This document shows positions 1 to 11,504 of a DNA stretch of 52,890 nt, one piece after another. Position 1 is the stretch's first letter; each line of letters begins with the position of its first letter. A program made the position numbers and the translations under genes. The notes under the pieces were generated by a model. The model ran no database searches and was not told where the DNA came from. It saw only the letters and a list, made by a program, of their open reading frames with translations. Origin of the DNA: Atractiella rhizophila (taxonomy: Eukaryota); contig MU271287.1 of NCBI GenBank assembly GCA_021432655.1, positions 1 through 52,890 of the forward strand, in the 5' to 3' direction.

Positions 1-9
1 TCCACTGCC

Positions 10-1823
10 ATGATATGGTGGATTCCCCTACGACTCAAGTCAGATGCCGCCACGGCTCTGAGAATGTGGATCACAGAGACGGAACGTCGTCATGGCATTA
101 AGGTGAAGATCCTGCGAAGCGATAACGGCGGGGAGTTCAAGTCAGTCCTTTTCAAATCTTTCATACAGAAATCAGGTATCACTCACGAGACTTCAATTCC
201 ATACGTTCACAACCAAATGGGGTTTATGGAACGACGTTGGTATACAATATTCGATGTAGCTCGCACAATTCTCTTGGAATCTGGTTTGCTTTATCTTTCT
301 GGGAGAAAGCAGTTCAGTTTGCTGTTCACACTTTAAATCATCTACCCACTTTTTCGCACGGATCTTGGAAATGTCCTTTGAAATTATGGACAGGCATAGC
401 TATCGAAACTCCATCCGAGAGGGGCACGAGGATACTTCGTAGGATATCTGCCTGGTGTGAAGGGTTGGCTCTCTTGGGTACCGTCGCAAAAGCGATTTGT
501 GGAAGCAAAGGATGTCAGATGCTTCGAAGATCAGTTTTATCGGGATCGGAGTGTGGAGGATACAGAACGCCTAAGTGACTGGACTCTCGACGAGTTCATG
601 CCCTCTGAGTTTCATAGCTTAGCTGACAAGGTTCCCGTTAACATTCCAGGTCCTGACGAAGTAGTACCTGCAACGGCCTGCTCACGTTTACAGATTGCGA
701 AATACCTTATATGGCCTACGGCAGGCAGGCAAGGGATGGAACGATACCGCCCACGCGTTCTTTATCGACCAAGGATTTACACGTTTGGATGCAGACCATG
801 GGGTATATTTTAAAAATGATGGAGAGGGACTGACTATTGTAGCTATTCACGTTGATGACTGTCTTGTCGTGGCGTCCACTCACACATCACACACTCATCG
901 AGAAGCTGTATACTGCGCTTCACTCGTGATTCAAAATAACGACGTCGCTGGTTGGGAATTTCCTAGGCATGAACATAACATGGGATGAAGAGAGAAGTAT
1001 TATTACCTTGGACCAGGAAGCTTATGTGCGCAGATGCATTGAAAAGTATGGGTTGCAGGATATGAAACCGACTAAGACACCATGCGACATCGAACGATCG
1101 GGTAACAGAGTCTTGGGTTGCCCAGACTGATGGTGAAAGGGAGTATATGAAAAGGATTCCTTACCAGGAAGCTGTGGGAGCACTGATCTATGCTGCAGTA
1201 AACACTCAACCAGACATTGCATTCGCTGTGAACAGGGCAGCACGATACAATGCCAATCCTGGGCGCCGCCACTGGACGATGGTTCAAAGGATATTCAGAT
1301 ACCTTTTAGGCACACTGGATATCAAACTCATTTGGGACGCAACGGGTAGCACAACCCTTGAAGGTTTTTCTGACTCTGACCATGCTGCTGACTTGGATAC
1401 TAGACGCTCGATATCTGGCATTATGTTTCGCCTGGGACGCTCAGCAATATCATGGATATCCGAGATGCAACCAACAGTCGCGATATCCTCAACTGAGTCT
1501 GAGTACATCGCACTCTCGACAGCGGCAAGGGAGGCGATGTGGCTACGGGCGCTGTTATCGCAGCTTGGTTTTCCTCAACAAAATGTGACAATGATCAGGG
1601 GAGACAACCAGGGATCCCTACTTCTGGCAAAACATCTGTCTAACCATGGTAGGATGAAGCACGTCAATGTGCACTACCACTTTACAAGGGAAAAGGTACG
1701 TGTGGGGAGATCGTACTCGAAAGGATCCCTACACAAGATATGGTAGCTGATGTGCTGACGAAGGGCCTGGGATACCTACAGCACTCTAAATTGTGTTCCG
1801 CTATGGGGCTGTTGTCTAGTTAG
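10..1823 (+). pseudogene. Frameshifted copia pol (integrase core, partial RT, RNase H)
   Basis: Integrase LRSDNGGEF...NQMGFMERR; RT LYGLRQAGKGW and IHVDD; RNase H GFSDSDHAADLDTRRSISG, VAISSTESEYIA, GDNQG, MKHVNVHYHF. Split over several frames. The N-terminal RT motifs are missing, implying an internal deletion near 650-690. Confidence 0.92.
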
Positions 1824-2066
1824 ATGCGTGATTGCATTGTTCGACTCAGGTTTCCACTCTATTCTCGGAACTTCGGGATTCTGCTACTTCCAGTTTCTAG
1901 GCTATTATAATTTCATTCTAACTTTTACTCATTTCTATTAATCATCTCAAATATTTTAGGACAATCCTGACATCACATTTGCATGTTTGGCCACATTAAT
2001 TTGTTCTCCTCCTTTTCCCTCCTTTTGCCTTTTCTACTGTTGCTCATTTTGTGTGCCCCGCGCCTT

Positions 2067-2079
2067 GAGTGAGGGGGGG
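2067..2079 (+). other. Polypurine tract of the copia element
   Basis: Purine-rich GAGTGAGGGGGGG immediately before the TG that opens the LTR. Confidence 0.8.
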
Positions 2080-2271
2080 TGTGAGAGAGGGACATACCAG
2101 ATGACTCCGTTTTACTTCGTCGTTTTACTTCCCTTCGCTCGTTCCCCTCGCTTCGTTTCCCTCTCTCTCTCTTGTTCTCCACTCGTCGGCACGTGTACAT
2201 AGGGTTAGGGCCATCACCAACCTGATTCCCCAGCGTTTCCACCATCTCATTTCGCTGGGGATCAGCTCACA
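2080..2271 (+). repeat. 3' LTR of the copia element (~192 bp)
   Basis: Starts TGTGAG right after the PPT and ends CTCACA (6-bp terminal inverted repeat). The 5' LTR is outside the window, so the end point is unconfirmed. Confidence 0.7.
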
Positions 2272-2358
2272 CAATCCACCTTCCAAGCAGTTCCAAGCAT
2301 ATAATGGCGAGCTTGTCCTTGTCACTACGAAAGCCGTCACGCCACGCCATGAAGGAAG

Positions 2359-2774
2359 TGTCAGGTTTGCATCTTACGCAAATCGGCGCCCGTTCGCCGG
2401 ATTGCGTCTCCTATCGCCCATTTGCGTTCCCTGCGAATCGGCGCCCGTTCGCCACTGCGTCTCCCGTCGCCCATTTGCACCTACATCACCACTTAGTCCA
2501 ATTGTGCCTATCCTCCTCTTATTAACTCCGCGTAATCCCACTGTTACTTCCTCTTCTAGTTCTCTTACATGTTTCATCTGCTCTCCTCTTCGCTTTGTGG
2601 CAGTGTTATTCCGCTTGTATTATATAGATCAGAGAGTAGTGGAGGTGACCTTAGAGTATTCTCTTAGGTTTATCTCCACTACAGGTTAGTCTTCATGTCA
2701 TATCATGCTCTTAGGTTTATCTCCACTACAGACGCATCGCCTATCGGCGACCGTACATAGTGTCAGCCCTAACA
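2359..2774 (+). mobile_element. Solo LTR, family 1a
   Basis: TGTCAGG...CCCTAACA termini with a perfect 5-bp TSD GGAAG (2354-2358 and 2775-2779). Homologous to 4910-5217. Confidence 0.9.
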
Positions 2775-2803
2775 GGAAGGCATCATGGCCAAACCAACAC
2801 TGC

Positions 2804-3258
2804 TGTAATGATTAGGCCACATACATTATAAAAGATACCGGAACCTTCTGGAACCTCTTAGAACAGCCTAGAATATTACTCTGGAATATGGTAGGACAGT
2901 CTAGAACATTGTCTGAATAACCGTAACTGCCATCACCTAGAGTGTCTGGAATATTCTGGAACAATTCCATATCACATAAAAGGAGCTCAAACGAGTACGG
3001 ATTCCAGACATTCCAACGACCCTACTTCTTCAGCACATTCCAGAGACTGGATCAACACCTCCGCAACCAACCCTTCGAACCTCTTGTATACATTCCATCT
3101 TATAGTACTTCTTCGGAATAACATAAGGATTACTGATAACCAACGGCATCAAGTCTTGTGCCTAGCTTACGAAGGGATTGTTGTTTAAACCTAGTGTGAA
3201 AGAGATCAAAGGACATATACTTTGTAAAGTCTCGTCATGAAACCTTCTAACCATTACA
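2804..3258. mobile_element. Solo LTR, family 2 (455 bp)
   Basis: Terminal inverted repeats TGTAATGATTAG / CTAACCATTACA (11/12 match), TSD ACTGC/ACTGT, internal TCTGGAA/CTAGAA-type short repeats. Confidence 0.82.
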
Positions 3259-4810
3259 ACTGTACTAAGATCACCCCCATTCTTAAGAGTAGGGGTCCAC
3301 GCCATACCGCCAGGAGGAAAGGATCCACTGCATCCAGAATCTTCTACACCATCTCTCTCAGGAAAGGGCAAGGATTGCTGAGGTTTATGTCTCCTGGAGA
3401 TGTAGGATTATATGCCAATGATGTCATTGAGTGGAGCAAAATCCACAACCGAGTTAAAAGTTGGATCCTACAGACAAGGTGCCCAAGAAATTTAAGCTAT
3501 CTTCACCTTCCAGTGATGATGTACCCCATCCTTGCCCTACACATACCATCACATGAGGGCCATACGCCAAATATGGACATGTGTAAGGCAAACGACGTAC
3601 ATACCTTGTAGACATACAACACATAGCATTTCACTTGAACACCTACAGGATTACATACTTCCCCACAACACATAACTCCGTAACCCTGTTTTTAATTCAA
3701 TTGGAACAAAGAAATGTAGACAAAGGCCACTCCAAGATAGAGCAAGGTCCAAATAGGGGGTCCATCTTAACCTTAAATAAGAAGACAATGGCGATTGAAA
3801 AACTGGGCAAGATATAAGGAAATTGGGGCAAAGTAGGACTTAGGAAAGGATGTAGAAGATCAGAGAATGAGGAAGGAAAGGAGGTTGAGCAAGGTGAAGC
3901 GTTGGAGGAAGAGGAAAGCTATAAAAAGAGAAAGTCTAGAGGGAAATATCCTTCCTCACTCGTGCTATAAGCATCCTATCCTACACCTTCATTTGACTTC
4001 TTACTTATTTCTCTCATCCTCAGGTGCTTGCTTTGGGTACTTTGGGCGAATTATAGTGTTGAAAAACACATTTTTTACATTGCAAAACTCCTGTTTACTA
4101 TCCTAGATTCCCTTGAATTTGACTCCCTACCCAGATTCCTATTTAGAGAAGTCCTTCTTCACTAAACTGCTTAGGTGTTTGCCCGCCAAATGTTTATTCC
4201 CAATTTTTGAACTCTCCCTCTAGTCCAGGATAAGCGACTTCAGTGACTCATCCAACAAGTTTCATTCCCTGGAATAACTTACTTCCTTTAGTTAGTCTCG
4301 TAATGTTGACTTAGGGTCGGTGCTCAAGTGGCCTAAATCTTGGCCAAAATAACATCACTCGAACGCCATCCAACAGCATCAAACCAGCACTACTTGAGCT
4401 TATTAATGATGTTGGATAGTGGTAAAGTGGTGTTAGGATAGTGTTTCCTATTTCATTCAATGGTCTTTGGATGGGGTATTTATGGTATTCTTATTTCGTT
4501 CCACTTTCGTCCCTTTAGTGTTCTCTAGGTTGGGGTTTACTTCAGGGAGGGTTTGCATTTGGGTTAAATAGTATTATTATTTTGAAAGTAATCATATTAC
4601 TGCATAATCTTATATCTTGCTGTCTCCGCATTCCTCTTCCTCCGCTTGTCATTAGTAATGACAACCCCAAGCTCTCCTCCAAGTTCTACTCCTTCCAAAC
4701 CTCCCCCTCACCTCCATAGAAACTTCGCAAAGTCAAATAGACAAAGCATTTTGAGGGTTCCTATCAATGGCTTGAAGTTCCTTCTCGCTGGGTCAAAGAT
4801 GGACAAAGGT

Positions 4811-4874
4811 ATAGCAAACCCACATAAGGCATAGCAAACCCACATAAGGCATAGCAAACCCACATAAGGCATAG
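4811..4874. repeat. 20-bp tandem repeat, about 3.2 copies
   Basis: ATAGCAAACCCACATAAGGC three times perfectly, then ATAG. Confidence 0.95.
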
Positions 4875-4909
4875 GAGAGGCTGAATGGCATCAAGAACGA
4901 GCAAGTCGC

Positions 4910-5217
4910 TGTCAGGTTTTTATCTTATGCAAATTGGCACCTGTTTGCATTCTACGAAAATTGGTGCCTATGTCTCCACTTAGCCCAATTGTGTCTAGTC
5001 TCCTCTTATTAACCCCACGTAATCCCACTGTTGCTTTCTCTTTGTGGTTCTGTGACATGTTTCGTCTGCTCTCCTCTACACTTTGTGGCAGTGTTATTCC
5101 GCTTGTATATAGATTGGAGAGTAGTGGGGGTGACCTTAGAGTATCCCTCAGGTTTTCTCCACTACAGGTTAGTCTCCTCATGTCATATCATTCTCACACA
5201 TAGTGTCAGCCCTAACA
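4910..5217 (+). mobile_element. Solo LTR, family 1a (older, CpG-decayed, shorter copy)
   Basis: TGTCAGG...CCCTAACA termini, TSD GTCGC/TTCGC, alignable to 2359-2774. Confidence 0.87.
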
Positions 5218-5587
5218 TTCGCGTCAAGAGGCAGTCGACGGGAGGGGTGGGAGAGTGAAGAGAGGAGGCGGGAGGGGAAGTCCACCAGCGAGTCTGGGCC
5301 GCTAATTGTTCCTCTTTTCAGGAGTTCCATGCCATGCAGGTAAAGGCAAAAGCAAGCGACCAGTCAAGCGCTGGAGCACTGGGGATGAGGAAAAATGGCG
5401 ACCTAAGAGCCAAACAAACCGTTAGCTCTACTCACTGAAAAGAGAGAAGAGAAAACACGATAGAAAGCAGGGGAAACCACATACCTTACATGGCCCAAGC
5501 AGAAGTAGATCAGTTGTGAGCATGTAAGTGGGAAGGCAACACTTAAAGGTCATAACTCATCAATAAGAAGCCTTGATGGGGCAAATC

Positions 5588-6076
5588 TGTTAGGGCAAAC
5601 ACTATGTGCGGTCGCCGATGGGCGATGCGTCTGTAGTGGAGGTAAACCTAAGAGGATAGTATGGCATGAGAAGACTAACGTGTAGTGGAGGTAAACCTAA
5701 GAGAATACTCTGAGGTCACCACCACTACATCTCAATGTATATATACATATGTAAAGGCACTGCATAAACTGTAACATACGTTTCTTGAAACATATAAGAT
5801 AGCTAGATCAGGAAAGCAATAAAGGGAATACTCGGAAATAAGACATACTGAGCAGTACAAGTGAGAAAGGATAATAAGGCAATAATGGAGACGGTGCAGA
5901 CTGGCGAAATGTATAAGGTTTGCTGAGCGGCGATTCATATGAGATGGGGGAAGGCGGCGGTCAGCGCGAACGTGAGCAAAGCGGCGACGGGTAGGCACGT
6001 GATCCTATGACGTACTAAAGTAGGTCACGTGACATCAAATGGTGCATTTCGGTAATGCGTAGGGGCAAGCCTGACA
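5588..6076 (-). mobile_element. Solo LTR, family 1b (copy A)
   Basis: Reverse complement reads TGTCAGG...CCCTAACA. Near-identical inverted copy of 6271-6740. Confidence 0.9.
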
Positions 6077-6220
6077 GATTTGTGTGAGGAAGGTAAAGTG
6101 GCGGACAGCGTGGGCATGAGTAAAGCGGCGATGGGTAGGTACATGATCCTATGATGTGGTAAAGTGGGTCACGTGACTTCGGATGGTGCATTTCGGTAAT
6201 GCGTAGGGGCAAGCCTGACA
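6077..6220 (-). mobile_element. Diverged 5' fragment of a family 1b LTR (copy B)
   Basis: Repeats about 5932-6076 with more mismatches and ends in the same GGGGCAAGCCTGACA terminus. Confidence 0.85.
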
Positions 6221-6270
6221 CTTAGTGAGTTAGATGTGTTCTGATCCCTTTTGTTTTCAAACTGCGATTT

Positions 6271-6740
6271 TGTCAGGCTTGCCCCTACGCATTACCGAAA
6301 TGCACCATTTGATGTCACGTGACCTACTTTAGTACGTCATAGGATCACGTGCCTACCCGTCGCCGCTTTTGCTCACGTTCGCGCTGACCGCTGCCTTCCC
6401 CCATCTCACACGAATCGCCGCTCAGCACACCTTATACATTTCGCCAGTCTGCACCGTCTCCATTTTCGCCTTATTATCCTTTCTCACTTGTACTGCTCAG
6501 TATGTCTTATTTCCGAGTATTCCCTTTATTGCTTTCCTGATCTAGCTATCTTACATGTTTCAAGAAACATACGTTACAGTTTATGGCAGTGCCTTTACAT
6601 ATGTATATATACATTGAGATGTAGTGGTGTGACCTTACCTCCACTACAGGTTAGTCTTCTCGTGCCATACTATCTCTTAGGTTTGCCTCCACTACAGACG
6701 CATCGCCCATCGGCGACCGCACATAGTGTTTGCCCTAATA
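6271..6740 (+). mobile_element. Solo LTR, family 1b (copy C)
   Basis: TGTCAGG...CCCTAATA (terminal C>T). Inverted repeat of copy A. Confidence 0.9.
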
Positions 6741-7345
6741 CTAAGGAGCAGCCACGTGCCTGTAGGCAGCAGGATGAGCCAGAAGGAGATCAGTTGTGAG
6801 GAGGTAAGAGGGAGAGAAACACTTATGAGTCATGACACGTCGACTCATTCTGATAAGCACTGCGACAGGGCAAATCGCGTGGTTGAAAGAGGCAACAACA
6901 GGGATCAGAACATGTCTAACTGGCTAAGGAGCAGCCACATACATCTGCAGGCAGCAGGACAAGCCACTGTGTTATTGATTCCCTCGTAGTGTCCTCCTCT
7001 AAAGTCCCATCATCCTAAACCTAAAAGAAAAACAAGCCAACTTTCCAACACGGGATAACTGCCACGTCAATTTCAACTCACCCTATCCCCATGTCTGGCT
7101 GCTCAAAGAGAATCATATTTGAATTTGGCGCCAAAATACCGTGTTTTGACGATATTGACGCGTCTACAGATTCCTATCCATCAGACTGTAAATGTGAATG
7201 TCCTAAGCTTCAAAAGGTGCAGTTGTCCCAGTTTAGTCAATAGGGATATCGAAGTTCATAGGAAGAGTTTGACGTGTTGATTGTGGACGTAGGGTTGAAA
7301 TGGTTGACTTTGTTGTTTGGGGCAGCACTGAGCACATTTCCATTA

Positions 7346-7456
7346 CAGGTATTGGTAATGTAATGTAATGTAGTGCTTTTTTAATGTAATGTAATGCACT
7401 GTTTTCTCCCATATGTTCCAGTACAAAGTAATGGCATTACCATTACCAGAATCCTG
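7346..7456. repeat. Short TAATG-rich element with imperfect inverted ends (possible MITE relic)
   Basis: CAGGTATTGGTAATG...CATTACCAGAATCCTG with internal (TAATG)n. No TSD found. Confidence 0.35.
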
Positions 7457-8284
7457 GACTAATGCCTAGTATTGCATAATAATCATTTCTTACATATCAC
7501 ATTGTGGGGCACCCAGGTACAATGGTTTCGCTTGGATCTGTTCTTATTTTCTGGTTGCGTTTTCAGGAAGGCATTCAGGTTATGAAGTTCCATCACAGTT
7601 GTTGTTCCAATGGGTGGAAAGCAAGAGAAAGGGGGGGCGCGTGAAACGTTGCCTACATCCGAGCAACAACAATACTCACCTTGCACCAGTTTGGGAATTC
7701 ACCTTCAACCATCTGCCAACTTGTATCTGATACTACCGTCAGTGTATCATCCAATCCATCTTCTGGGTGTCCATCAGTCCCAACGTGTCGACGTTGGGCG
7801 AGCGACGCGACACGTACACGAGAGCGTCCTTCTGTTGCTGAGTGGCGAAAGCAGAACTTGAATGCGGTGAGTTGGATTGACGTCTGAGGATCTCTGCCTA
7901 GCCTGCTAGTCGCTTTTGATACTATACTGGATACTATATCATGGCTGGGTCGTTGCGTCGCTCGTGCGAATACTGCAGCGAATAATGCTGTGGAAACGTC
8001 AACTGACGGAGCGCATCACTCGCTCATAACACGCAACATGTCCTTATAACGCTCATGATCGTAGAACTCGACAAACTCGCGCTGCTTACCAAATTACTAA
8101 TTAGCTACTACATACACGCTTCCATCGCCAATATTTATCAGAATATTCATCACAGGCGAGCCTTTTCTTCTTCTTGTCGATCGCTCCAATCGCTTCTACA
8201 GAGCGGGTTCTGCCAGTGAATAAGAAATGATGTGCGAGTGCATTAACCAAGGATGGATGAACAGGATCGCCAGACCATCTCAAT

Positions 8285-9600
8285 ATGATCCGTCGCAACG
8301 TCCTCGACTGTCCACCCGAAGTGCTTTCGCTCATCATTGAGCATCTCCTTCCTGCCCGGTTCAATCCCCCCATGACGGGCTTCGACGACGGGGACTCAGA
8401 GACTCCAAACCTCCAGCGGCTCTCGCTCGTCTGCAAAGCGTTGCGCGAGCTATGCCTGCCATACCTCTTCGACACAGCCTACTTTCAAGCGACCGATCAT
8501 CGAAATACGACCTATTCCGACCCTACAAGACCTCACAAGGAGCATGTGTCCATCCTCAGGATCAAGATAGGCGATCATTATACCCACGAGCACTTTCTAA
8601 GGATCGCTAGCATGCTGAAGGACTACATCAGAGATCATAATTGGAGGGAATGCAGCAAGCTTCATACTCTTCAGGTCGCCCTGTTTCCCAACATGACAGA
8701 GAACGACGTCGTCCAGAACGCAATGGAGAGCATCGGTCCAATCATCGAGGAGAATCTGCAACATGTAACGACGGTCATCGTGCGTCTCCACCTCCTCCGT
8801 AAAATCATCTTTTCATTTGGGGCATTGGATGGGAACAGCTCGAAACCAACATGATGCCCTGGTCTTTCCACTTCGCCTTCTCTCTAATCCAAGCCTGTCG
8901 GACGCGTCTACGCCGCTTAGAATGGATAGACGAGAGCCAAGCCTTCACCGAATACGTCAAAGGCATCTCCAGCCGGCTCTCCGACCTCATCCTGCTATCC
9001 GAAGTCACCTTCAGCCATCTATCCGGGGAATCCCTAACCGAAGTCATTCAGTACGTCGATCTTCCCTCCCCCGTTCTCCAAACCGCTCGACTGACCCTTC
9101 CCTCCCTCCTCCGGCACTTGGGGATCAGTTGGCCACCTTCGGTCCGTCGTTTTCGGCTCCTCGAATCGACCTATTTCGTCCGGAGGGGAATATCGATAGA
9201 CGTCCAATGGATATACAACGCGCTGGACTCCATTTCTCACAATCTACGAGACCTCGAAATAGAGGGGTACCACATCCTAATGCCCCCTGTTCAGGCTTTG
9301 GCTTATCGGTTCGCCCTGCCGAGGTTGAGACGGTTGGTCTTTACGAACGTGGTGCTCCCTTTCAAGGTACTCAGGATGTGGGAGAACAATCCGGTCGAAT
9401 GGCTGGAACTCGTTGGCATCACGATGGTAGATTCGGATGGGGAGGAGGATGAAGAGCGCCAGATTTGGCATTGGCAGTCCGGTTATGATCGCCTGAGGGT
9501 GCTATGTGGCGATAGAACGTGGGGTATAAGCCTTGAGTCTCTATTGAAGATCAAGTTGAAGGGGATCACCTTCATGGTCGAGGGAGAAAGAGTGATATGA
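8285..9600 (+). CDS. F-box-like / LRR-like protein, 2 exons
   Basis: VLDCPPEVLSLIIEHL...LQRLSLVCKALRELCLPYLF F-box-like motif. A 59-nt GT-AG intron (8780-8838) joins ORFs 8285 and 8851 in frame. LxxLxL-type repeats downstream. Confidence 0.8.
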
Positions 9601-9821
9601 TACAATGGTGACCAGTCAAATGTGCACAAAGTATTGATACCTTGTTCTGTTACATTTTTGTCCTCGCTAGAACTAGAACTATCTCTGTCTGTTGGGTACT
9701 ATATACAATAGCCTTGTTGTCGCTCTTCATGCCTGTGGAAACCTCCCAAAATGTACATATGTCACGTCACACTTATTGCACTCCTCTCTCTTCGAGAGTC
9801 CAGAGAACGAAAACCGAGAGC

Positions 9822-11303
9822 TCATTGAGTTTCACATGGCGCGTCTTCATCATCGTCTCCTCCAACCAATCTAACCCTCACTCCTCCGATGTGGGCATCA
9901 TCCTCAGCATCATCTGGGAGAGATGAGAGCCTGGTGTTACGATTTAAAAGAGAAAGCAATACGCTTATCTATCGCCCCATCATCCTTTAGTTGTCGATCC
10001 ACATAACTCCATCCACAACAAGGATTGGGAGGAAAGACTTGGGAAAGGAGAAGTAAAAGCTCACTGGGATCGTACTAGGAGGTAAGCGCATCCTTCTACG
10101 CCCGTTCATATTGTTTTGCCTGATCGCTTCTGCATTTTCCAACTTTGCAAACCTCCTCGATACTTTCACACCGGAATCGTCCGCGTTCGAAGTCGTGGGG
10201 GCAAAGATCTTGACGCTCTGGTCGATCCCGCTGATCGCCAACACGGGCAGTTTGGGATGGGTCTGCATCACGTTCACTGTATCACTGTCTCCCTCATAGA
10301 TTCCCACCAGCTCCGTCGTCTCCTTATTCCAGCTGCACAACCGGCATTAGGATGAGCAAAGGCACAAGACGAGTGGTCATGAGAAAGACTGACATGAAGA
10401 AGTTCCCATCGTCCGACCCGGATATCACGAATTCGTCCTTTGGTCCAGTGAACTGGCGAAGCATCAGATGTCAACCTCAAAAAGAAATGATAAGCTTACA
10501 TTCACATCCTTCACCGTCGCTGAATTCAAGTGACCGTCGAACGAACGCAGCGGGAACACGACAGGCACGTCCTTTTCGGGATAAGATCTTCTGTGTCGAC
10601 TACTGAACATAAACAATTCCTCCTCATCGTCTTCATCGTCTTCATCGTCTTCCATCGTGGCTTCTTCACCTTCCTCATCTGCAACGGGCTCCATGCCTGA
10701 GCTCATCGGAGCTTCGCCTCCTGGGGACGAGGCTGCCGGCTCCGTGGCCATCTCCCTTTGCGGAAGAACTTCCACTCCTTTTTCGAGTTGTTCAGCGAGT
10801 GGGGGCATATCTACAGGATCAGCGCTAAGATCCGTGCTCGCTTGAGCCTCGCTTTCATCCCCCTGAGGCACCACCACTTCCACTTGGGACGATTCCGCCG
10901 GTTGACCAGAACCTTCCCCCATCTCAATCTCTGGTATTGGATCCGCATGAGGTTCGGCGCCGGAAGAAATTTGAACATCCACCTTGACCTCTCCATTTTC
11001 GCCGATCGTAACTTCATAAGAATAATTCCTCTGTTCTGCTCCATCAGCCTCTTCAGAGCTTGTGTCAGTTCTCGCAAGTGCGGAGCTGGATGCTTGATTG
11101 GGAGAGGATGGTGCCGACATTTTTTTCTTCTTTGGTCCTTCGTCTGACCCTTCCTCTCCGCTTCGCTGTCGTTTTGATAGCGTGGGCCTTGCCAGTTGAG
11201 CTGTCGGCTCAAAATCAGGGGAGTCAAAGATGTCGAAAATGTAGACCGGGCCGCCAGAATAGCTGACCAGTAACTAAGTGATGATTATCAGGCCCGTCCT
11301 AAC

Positions 11304-11305
<2 letters not shown>
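9822..11305 (-). pseudogene. Duplicated 3' half of the DCAF8-like WD40 gene (fragment or second allele)
   Basis: Same exons as 11505-12987 with no 5' half. Confidence 0.8.

Positions 11306-11306
<1 letters not shown>

Positions 11307-11351
<45 letters not shown>
11307..11351. repeat. 45-nt pure A run at the duplication junction
   Basis: Directly visible homopolymer. Confidence 0.95.
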
Positions 11352-11353
<2 letters not shown>

Positions 11354-11504
11354 GAACTAGAACTATCTCTGTCTGTTGGGTACTATATACAATAGCCTTG
11401 TTGTCGCTCTTCATGCCTGTGGAAACCTCCCAAAATGTACATATGTTACGTCACACTTATTGCACTCCTCTCTCTTCGAGAGTCCAGAGAACGAAACCGA
11501 GAGC

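Larger units (their letters stand above)
1..2271 (+). mobile_element. Degraded Ty1/copia LTR retrotransposon, 3' part (runs off the window start)
   Basis: Integrase, RT and RNase H fragments in copia order, followed by a polypurine tract and a TG...CA-bounded LTR. Confidence 0.93.

Noticed and set aside
3260..4800. Possible decayed transposase or MITE, including a weak inverted repeat near 4350-4438
   Set aside because: No recognisable motif, termini or TSD.
4811..4874. Short direct repeats as a CRISPR array
   Set aside because: Head-to-tail repeats with no spacers, eukaryotic context and no cas genes.
2402..6799. Similar short ORFs at 2402/4934 and 5732/6488 as a small gene family
   Set aside because: They lie inside repeated solo LTRs, so their similarity is just LTR homology.
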